DNA from: Candidatus Omnitrophica bacterium UBA2593
GTDB lineage: Bacteria; Omnitrophota; Gorgyraeia; Gygaellales; UBA2593
Assembly: GCA_002340085.1 (NCBI GenBank)
Contig: DDKR01000153.1
Location: forward strand, 1-35,758
Direction: 5' to 3'
DNA: 35,758 bases
Made by a program: the position numbers and the translations under genes. Positions 15,001-24,000 of the stretch are shown piece by piece; the first letter of the stretch is position 1; every line of letters starts with the position of its first letter. The notes beneath the pieces were generated by a model. It did no database searches and was not told where the DNA came from. It saw nothing but the letters and a program-made list of their open reading frames with translations.

Positions 15001-18000
15001 TGAAGTATGGGTTCCTTTGGAAAGATTTCAGATTACTTTAGGTGAAGGAGGCAGATTCGGATTTAAACTGAGAGATGTAGGAAGATTAGAGGCTCGACAC
15101 GAGATATTAGGACACTTATTCGCTAAATTTTTAGGCATACCCTTAGGAGAGTCCAGAGATGCAATCTGGGGGTATAATGCTACTGAACAGGTAGCCTTAA
15201 CCCTTACCTCTGTCGATGCTATAGAGTGGGCGAAAAAAGGAAGAAGATTAACTCCTGACCAGATATCCTATATCCATGCAGTTACAAAGATCAGTCCAGT
15301 AACTCGACCTTCAAGATTGAGGTTCTGGTTAGAGAAACGTAAAAATTGGGATAATGAAAAAGATGCTTATATGGATTCGATGCGGTTATTTTATTTTGCC
15401 CAGGCAAAAGGTGATGATTCTCTTGCTGAAATTCTTTCCCATAAACTGTTAAAAGGATTTGGGAAAAAAGTTTCTCGTTTACCTTCACTTTCTTTTATAA
15501 GAGAGTATATTAACAGAAGAACTTCTTTTCTACCTCGACAGGGTTATAAAGCCTTCTCCCAAGGAGCAAAGAATACACTTGGCAAAAATGAAGGTACTAC
15601 ACCTATCGATGGAGAATGGATGAAATTAGAACCTCCTTCTTTGGCAAGATACTACTCTCTAAATTACCTTTCTTCATTCCATCCCCAAAAATCTGAACCT
15701 CCTTCTCTATTAGGTCCAGAAGGAGAAGATTCTCTCTATAAGGATTCTCTCTACTTAAATCAAAAATTAGATGAGATAGTTAAAGAAAAAGGAATTATTG
15801 AAGAAGTACTCAATGATGAAAATTTTAAGAAAAGAGTAAGAGAGAAAGCAGGTTATTATAGCCCCACAACATCAGCCTATTATGTAGAAACAAAAGGCAC
15901 CATCTTATACCGCGAGGGAAGAAATGCTTGGATAAGATTACACGAGATAAAACATGCCTTAGATGACATAGATTCTCCATACGGAAAACCCTCCCAAAAA
16001 CTAATAAATTTTTACCGTGAACTAAAATCCTTTTCTTTTGCTTTTGGACAGGGTGGAGATTTAACCGAAATAGAGGAGTCTTTAAGAAAATACGATAACC
16101 CCTTAGAGGACCTATTAGATTCACTCCTCTGCGAAGGAAAAACAGAGATATTTAGAAAAGACTTGAGTATAATTTTGAGACGTGCTGAAAAAAACCCTTG
16201 GTTTGATCAGATTAAGATCAATGGGTTTAAACAGGAGATGGGTTGGTCGGAAGGGAAATCGTCTTGGTCTATAGAAGAACTAAATAAGCCAGAGATTTTA
16301 AACCTTTTTGACAAGAGCGAGTTTGGTATAGCCACAGAACTCACTGCCTACATGTTCAATGGAGTAATCGAAGGAGATAAGGAGATTATTAAGTTTACTG
16401 ACTTCTTCTTAACCTGGCCTGAAGGACAAAAATTATGGAGAGATCACCTTGAGAAAATTGGCTTAGGTAAGATTGCTCAACTCCACATCGATCAAGTCCA
16501 ACAGAGAAAGAAGAAAGAAACTTCCTCTTCACCTTTTGTTCAATTAGGTATCCTTCAACAAAATCCTACTATAGGTATAGATAAGAATGGTAATGTCTTT
16601 GGTGGTGGTTATCCAGTTTGGGGACCATTTTATAATGAGGTATTAGAGCGATTAGGACAAATAACTCCTAAAATAGATAGGTATAGATCTTCTTCTTCAT
16701 TGTGCGAGGGGAAAAGAGAGAAGATTTTACTTACGGCTTTGGCAGGGATGTCCCCAGAAAATTTTAGAATTAATCCTCAGGATGATAATGATTCGGTGGG
16801 AAGAATTAGCTCTCAAATACCCACATCTGCCTCTCCTGTAGCCTTTAATAGGATTCTTGATTTGTTTGGAAGATATATCAATTCTTTTAAAAATTCTTTA
16901 ACTCTACCTGGCTCTTTAGCTAAGAAGGTGTATGATAGGTATAGGTTGGGTAAAAATAATAATGTAGAGAATATACTGAAGCAAGTTTTTAACAATCAAT
17001 TCTGGAAAGGAAAAGTAGAAATTCCAGAAAATTTACAGCGCCCCATTCTTCCTAATTTTGAATTTACCAAGATAATTCCAAATTTCCAGGAGTTGAAATT
17101 ATTAAATCTTACAGAACAAATAGAACAGATGAACCAAGGATTACTGTCCCTTTTTTCCTCTGTAGAACAAATGAATCAAGGAGTACCGCCTCTTCTCTCT
17201 TTGCGAATAAACCCTGATTCATTAGCGCAAAAAATAGCAGAGCTCAACATAGCAGAACTTAACAGAATAGCAGAGCTCAACATAGCAGAGCTTAACAAAA
17301 TAGCATCGCAAATATCGCAACAGAAGCCTATCTTCTACAGGAATTATATATCTTTTGGAAAATCTCCTGAAGAGAATGATGAAGTTGATTTCTATTCATT
17401 ACTATCTCAAGATAGATATTTTGGTGAAGGGTCCATTATTTCTAAATCCAGCATTCCTAAATTCGAGACTCCCGAAAGACTCAGGTTAAATACTACTAAA
17501 AGACAACTCCTATTTCCTGATTTTTCCTCTGTTACTCTATCAGGTCCTTCTTCTGCACATCATCTCAGTATCTCTGAACCAAAAAGAGGAACTAATTGGG
17601 CAAAGAGGAGCATAATAATAGGTTTACTTTTACTCTCTTTACTCCCTCTGAAAGATACTCCTAATAATAAATCAAACCTTTCGCCTTCTCTACTAATGCC
17701 TCCTTCCGTTGCTGATACCATTAAGCCCGAAGATATTATTTATACTGTTAAACCCGGAGATAGTCTCTGGAAACTTGCTAAGGAGCATTTTGGAGATGGT
17801 AGTGATTGGCGGAAAATTTTAGAGCTCAATCCCCAATTAAACGGTCGCTTAGGTAACCAATTAACACTAACTGGTGAGGAAAGAATAATAATTCAACCTG
17901 AAGAGCCAATTAAAATGCCCTCTCCAATTGGAAAAAGCTCAGTAGGTGTGGCATTTGTTGCCTCCTCTACATACATAGAAGTATCATTTACAGAGCAGTT

Positions 18001-21000
18001 AATGAGATGGATTGGAAAGGTATTATCACTAGTACTTGGCTTTGCTCCATTTCCATTAGGAATTATTCTTCCATCAGTGAAAATGAAAGGGGAGAAGGAA
18101 AGAGGAGTAGAGTTTGTTTCTTCCTTCCTCCCAATCTTTAATGATTCTCTGCTGGTTATTATGCTCGAGGAGGGAGCTAAGAGGGCAGTACTTCCGCTTA
18201 TCACTGAAGCCACCCCTATTGATGGTCTATCTTATCTCTTAATCAATGAAAAGAAAGAGTTTAGAAGAACGCTTACTACCCCCAGATCAACAACAGAAAG
18301 ATTTGAAGGTGTTGCTTTGCCACCTTACTCTATTATTTCAATCCCTGCACTCTTTAATATGGTGGCATTATCTCTTCTGAACTTTATTCCTAAACATAAT
18401 ATCTTAGGCGTCAACAACCTTTCTGGTTTTCTCTTACCAGTATTAACTGCACAGAAGAGAGATCAACGTTCTCTATCAATGGAGCAGCAGCGACTTGGAG
18501 TCTTGGAAATGGCTTTAGGAGCCCTGTTGTTAGCTATGATGAAAGCCTCTTCTTCATTGACTAATAGGCTGCTGGTGGTGATGTTCAATAGAGATAGTTT
18601 GCCGACTCCTCAAGGAGATTCTCAACAGAACCAACGGTCACAACGGCCAATTGGAATGCCACCTACAGGATCATCATCAATAAATGTAGGTGCAGTGGTG
18701 GGGAGTAGGAGTCAATCGACACCAGCACCATCAGAAATTAGTACAAGTCCATTAGATCCCAGTAAATTGGCTCAGATTGAAGATATAATAAACACTCTGC
18801 GATCTTTCATTGGAATGATATTAATGCGTGCTGGACCCATAAGTTCTGCGACAGCGTCATCTTGCGCAGACGCTCAGTCGCAAATAATAGCGCAAAATTT
18901 AGCTGTAATAGCTGTAATAATATTAGCTATATTAGGGAAGTGGAATAGATGTGAAGGAACCGGGAATACCCAAGGTCTGCCTGTAGGTGCAGATAGTCGA
19001 GGTATAACTGGAGATTCCGGAAAGAACTCTAAAAACAGATTCCGAGGTTCCAGTAGTGCGATTTTAGGTGAGCGTATAGCGGATAGCGTAGAGGATAGAG
19101 CAAGTATAAATACGTCTTCATCTCTAAATAATAGACCTCAGAAAGATCTCGCAGGAAACCATAGTTCCCTTAGTCCGCCTATACAGAGAAATGGTTCTCA
19201 AAGCTTAGGTAAATGGTCTAAGTTAATTATTCCTGAACTTGTCAGTGGGTTTAAGCGTCTTATTAATATAATTCTATCCACTCTATCCACAGAACCCCAG
19301 CGCCATTTTTCCAATGTTCTATCTGCGGTGGCAGTTTCAGGATTAAAAGTTAATGAGAACCTATTTCAGGCTACCATTCCTCCAGGAATTTTTGGGGGAG
19401 TCTCTTTAGCTATCCTTGGTTTGTTATTCATAGCAACGCTTGTAGGAATTGCTTATATAATTTTCAGCGCCAAGCCCCCAGCACAAAGTATTGGGGGAAA
19501 TACTTCTCCGCCATCTACTCTGAAAACTCAAGGTGTATATGGATATTCAAGGAATCCTCTATATACACTCTATCTTCTCTTGGCGGCGATTCTTACTATA
19601 TTTGGAATAGATGGTTTTGCTGAAGGGAAAGCTTGGGAAGGAGCCATCCTTATAGGTGTTGCAGTCTTCCTTACTCTTCCTTCTCTATTTTACCTTCCAA
19701 AAGAAGAGGGTGAATTACTATCTAAGTTTGAAGAGGCGTATAAAGAGTATAAAGAAAAAGTTCCACGTTTTGTCTCAACAAAGGTAGCGATTTGCACCTG
19801 CTCCATTTTATTATTCTTACTCTTAGGAACACTTGGTTGGTTAGATAGATGGGTTGATTCCATTGTTGATTTTATTACTCTGACCGTGACATTATCCTTG
19901 TTCACCTTATTCCCGTTATTCCTGCCAAGAATAACCACATCCTCATCTACAAAATTAATGGAGAAGGACTCCAATCAGATTAATGACTCTCCTCGGGCAA
20001 ATTCACCACTTACTATCTCCAACCTTGCCAGAAATTCAGTTCATCATCTAATTTTTCAGTTTAAAAAGATTCTTTTTGTGATTGTGATATCGTTTAAATT
20101 GCTAGTATCCGGCTATAATTTTGCTGTTCCTAATGCATTCTCGTCTCCTCCATCTGTTCCACCCGCTCAAGTACAAGTAGTAGAACAATTTTCTATTTGT
20201 GAGGCTTTAGGAGAGATAAGACAACTTGAAGGAATAGAGGTAGTTTATCTTGATGAAAAGAGGGTTTGGATTTTGATTAAAGAGAAGGGAAATTTAGAAG
20301 AATTAAAGCCAAAGATAGAAACTTTACTTAATAAGACAGGGTTATTCTGGAGAGGAGAAGAAGAAATTAATCCTGTCCCATTCAGATACATCTTTACAGT
20401 ATATCCCAATGTAGAAAAGGAAGAATTAGAGGTAAAGATAAAACCAAGGAATAACACGGTGGTTATTATTCAAGGAGAGTGGGCAGTGACTAGTGCTACT
20501 GATGAAAATTACAAGTTAGCTACTTGGGGTCTTGGTTCGTGTATTGGTGTATTGATATACAATCCTACTACTAAGATTGCGGCCATCACCCATGTTGATT
20601 TCGAAAATGCAGTCTTTTCTACTGTAAAAGAGATGCTTCTTGCAATAAGGACTGAAGGAAAAGATGAGATTCAAATATGGTTCACCGATAATATAGGTGA
20701 AATGGAAAAAACAGTAATCATCAGTCAATATAATTTGGACTATCGAGGTGATTTGCCGCGATCATTCGTGTTTGATACCAGAAACAGCGGACTTAGAAAA
20801 CTTTCAGAAGAGGAGATTAAAAGACTTGCCAACGATGAAACTTTAGATAAAAGACTAGGTCAAATAACCGATAAAAGAATAAAGAATTCAATTACATCTT
20901 GTATAGAAAGGTATGATGGTACTTCGTCTCCAATAACAAAAGGAAGGAGAACTTCTAAATCCAGAGGTCCCCAAAACGAAAGAAATCTTTTGTCCAGCAG

Positions 21001-24000
21001 AGGAGGATCTTCTAGTGCGATTGAGGTTGGGAAGAAAGGGATAGAATCGCTGTTGAATGGTAGAAGCACGCTATTTTCTTATTCTAATGAGCAAAAGAAA
21101 TCTAACCAAAGAAGTTGTTCTCCTCTTCGCGGTCCACCCAAAATTGGTGGAATTGGTAGCCTCGTCTCAACAGTTCTCGCCACCATCCTATTACCCGCAT
21201 TAATACCCCTTGCAATCATTGCTGGATTATCTTCCATTATTTCTGGTCTAATAGTTCAAAAAGGAATAATCAGTCTACCATTTCTCTTTGGGCTCACCGT
21301 GGAAGTCTCAAGAGAGATGGTTTTTGTTGCAAATGGGGTGTCCGTAGGAGTCCTAACCTCCAGGATGGCCCCTTCTACGGACCCCATTGCAACTATTATA
21401 GGAGGTGCATTATGTGTCCTATCAAGTTTGATAAATTACAGTTTGACCATATTGTCGAGTTTACCAATGATAATACTATCTTTGCTGCAGCCCGCCAAAA
21501 CAGTAGTCATAACAGCAATGGCCACCTTAGGCTATTTCTTATTAACCAGTCCACTGGCAATGTTTATTGTCGCAATGGTTGTGCTGATTCTTGGGAACAG
21601 CTTAGAGGCTCTACCCGTGATACCGTTATTGCTCAACTCATCGCTGCTCGCAACAACCATATCCCAGTCTATAGAATTAACGGGGGAGGGCTTCAATCGG
21701 ATTGAAGCCCCTTCTCCAGTTCAACCTGCTCTTGAAACCACCTCCAGTTCGATACAAAAGGGATCCCAGTTGAGTTTGTTTAAGAAAATATCTTCTGTCA
21801 AGAAAGGGAAATCTTATCCTTTTATAATTGCAGTAATACTTCCCATTCTTACATTTTTCCCCATCGTCAATACTTACCAACAATATAAGGTTAGCTATCT
21901 AAGAGATAAGGAGGCAATAGAGAAACTATTAGAGGAGAAATCAGATTTGCTTCATTATTATCATTCACATTTATCTTTTTCTAACATCCGTAGGATTTTG
22001 AAAATATGGATCAATTCTCTTTATCAAAATTCTGAACAAAAGAGAGAATTTCTAAAACATCTTTATAGATGTAAGTCTGTTGAGGAGATCATAGCTAATG
22101 ATAAATTGCCTGCCTTGATAAGGCTTTATGTAGGAGGGTTTATTAAAGGCGATGTATATGGCAACCGCTATCAATTATATCCAATAGCAAAACAACTCTT
22201 AAAGGAGACAGAAGATGAGAATATGTGGAAGTTACTTGCTTATCATAATAAAGTTACATCTCTTGGGAAAGTTACATCTCTTGGGTATAAGAGTATATTG
22301 TGTGATGATATAGTAAGAACTTATAGTCTTGCAGTGTTATTAATAATCGACCAAGAAATTCTAACAATTACAGAAGAAAAATTCCTAACAGCTATGGAAT
22401 ACATAAGATCTGCTCAGGTGTGTGGAGAAGCTCAGTCTTATATAATCAGAGCAAATAGAGAGTTAGTATTTGGAGGCAAAGAAATAGAAAAAGATAGGAA
22501 TATTAAATTCTTCTCAGGAACGATTGCTCATGAGATAGCACATATAATTGCTTATTGGCCCATCGAGGTCAGAGAAGTCGATGAATTCTTCGCAGATTTA
22601 GTTATGTTTGTCTTCTTCGAAAAAATGGGTTGGAAAGAAGATATTTGGATGTCTCAGCAAATGGTAAATTATAAGGAGGCTGTAGAATACGCTAAAGATA
22701 ATGGATGGGTAGTAAATAAGAAAGAACCACATACTATTGCGCGCACACAATTAAAGGTTATAGAAGATGCTATTAGAGAATATGAGGGCGAGGTATCTTG
22801 GGAAGAGATTCTTAAAGCTGCTTTAGATCCACGTTGGACGGATAAAAATCGCAACCGGTCGATAAATAATGGCTTAAATCTTTTCAGAGGTAATTCTATT
22901 GGCGATCTGTTAAACTCGAACTTAAAAAAGAAAATAACAAAGCGAATAGCTCAGTCTTATCCAGAAAAAGACTCTCCTATTTGGATAATAGCTAACCATA
23001 TGCTGGATGAAATCCTGAAAGATAATCACAAAAAGGATAGTATTGGAGAAAGGACAGGATATGGTAAGGTTAGGATTTATCGACCTCGAAGTAGATATAA
23101 AATAACATATAAGCAGGAGAAGGACGCAACAGTAATAATAAAGACAGATAGAGTAACTGGTAGTAAGGTAATTTCCCGCTATCCTACTAAGCCTATTCAA
23201 TACAGGAAGTCAAAGAATAAACCCTTTAGCTCTTCTCCTGTCGATACTTGGGCTATCGCTATAGGTTATGAAGGATTAGCTGGATTGTTTAATGGAATAA
23301 TTGATCTATTAAACCAACTATCTCTCTTATGGCTTGCCGTGGAGGCCTTAGGAGAGATGGTTTTTGTTGCAAATGGGGTGTCCGTAGGAGTCCTAACCTC
23401 CAGGATGGCCCCTCCTACGGACCCCATTGCAATTGGAGGAGGTGCATTATGTGTTCTATCAAGTTTGATAAATTACAGTTTGACCATATTGTCGAGTTTA
23501 CTAATGATAATACCATCTTTGCTGCTGCTCGGCAAAATGGTGGGTATAACGGAAACGGGCATCTCAGACTATTTCTTATTAATCAATCCACTGGCAATGT
23601 TTATTGTCGCAATGGTTGTGCTGATTCTTGGGAGCAACTCACTGGTTCTACCCGTGATACCGTTATTGCTCATCTCATCGCTGCGAAGAACAACCACATC
23701 CCTGTCTACAGGATTAATGGAAAGAGCCAGCAGTAGTCTACAGACCCAATCTACTTCTTCGCCACTGCACATTTTAGTCTTTGGCCCAGAACATTTAGCC
23801 CCGCAAATAAAACGCAAGATTAAAGAGAGATTTAAACAGATTGAGATTACCACCGTCGGAAATTATAATAGCTTTTTAGTAGACTTCGGTAAAAATAGAT
23901 TTCAGTTACTTATTATCGACGGTGTTACATTAAGTGTTACATTAAGTGAAAAAGGAGAAGTATGGGAGGAACTCGAAAGATTAATTAAAAAAGTAGTTGA

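Noticed and set aside
15094-15120. RHEILGHLF considered as a fourth zincin motif.
   Set aside because: The spacing is HExxxH, not HExxH, so it is not counted.
21326-21393. Hairpins considered as integron attC sites, IS200/IS605-type transposon ends or REP/MITE elements.
   Set aside because: The terminal arms (GTTGCAA/TTGCAAC) do not fit the attC RYYYAAC/GTTRRRY cores well. No integrase, Y1 transposase or TnpB is present. There are no target-site duplications. The elements are in-frame parts of a conserved protein module, so insertion of a mobile element is unlikely, though a single-stranded DNA recombination role cannot be fully excluded.
21326-21411. Hairpin considered as a Rho-independent terminator, or as a T4 gene-60-like translational bypass element.
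   Set aside because: No U-tract follows the stem and the element lies in the middle of an open frame. Bypassing needs a stop after the take-off codon and matched take-off and landing codons, and neither is present because frame 2 simply continues.
23329-23448. Upstream extension of nested ORF copy 2 (track start ATG 23329, giving 135 aa).
   Set aside because: Copy 1 has no start codon at the equivalent position, whereas both copies share the GGAGGUGCAUU-AUG context at the inner ATG. The inner start (23449) is therefore preferred. The extension would matter only under the -1 frameshift model.
21412-23736. Nested-ORF regions considered as inteins or group I/II introns interrupting the giant gene.
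   Set aside because: Inteins are in-frame and carry Hint/HNH blocks (C/S ... HN-C/S/T), which are not seen here. There is no intron-encoded reverse transcriptase or domain V/VI-like RNA. The giant frame is uninterrupted, so no splicing is required.
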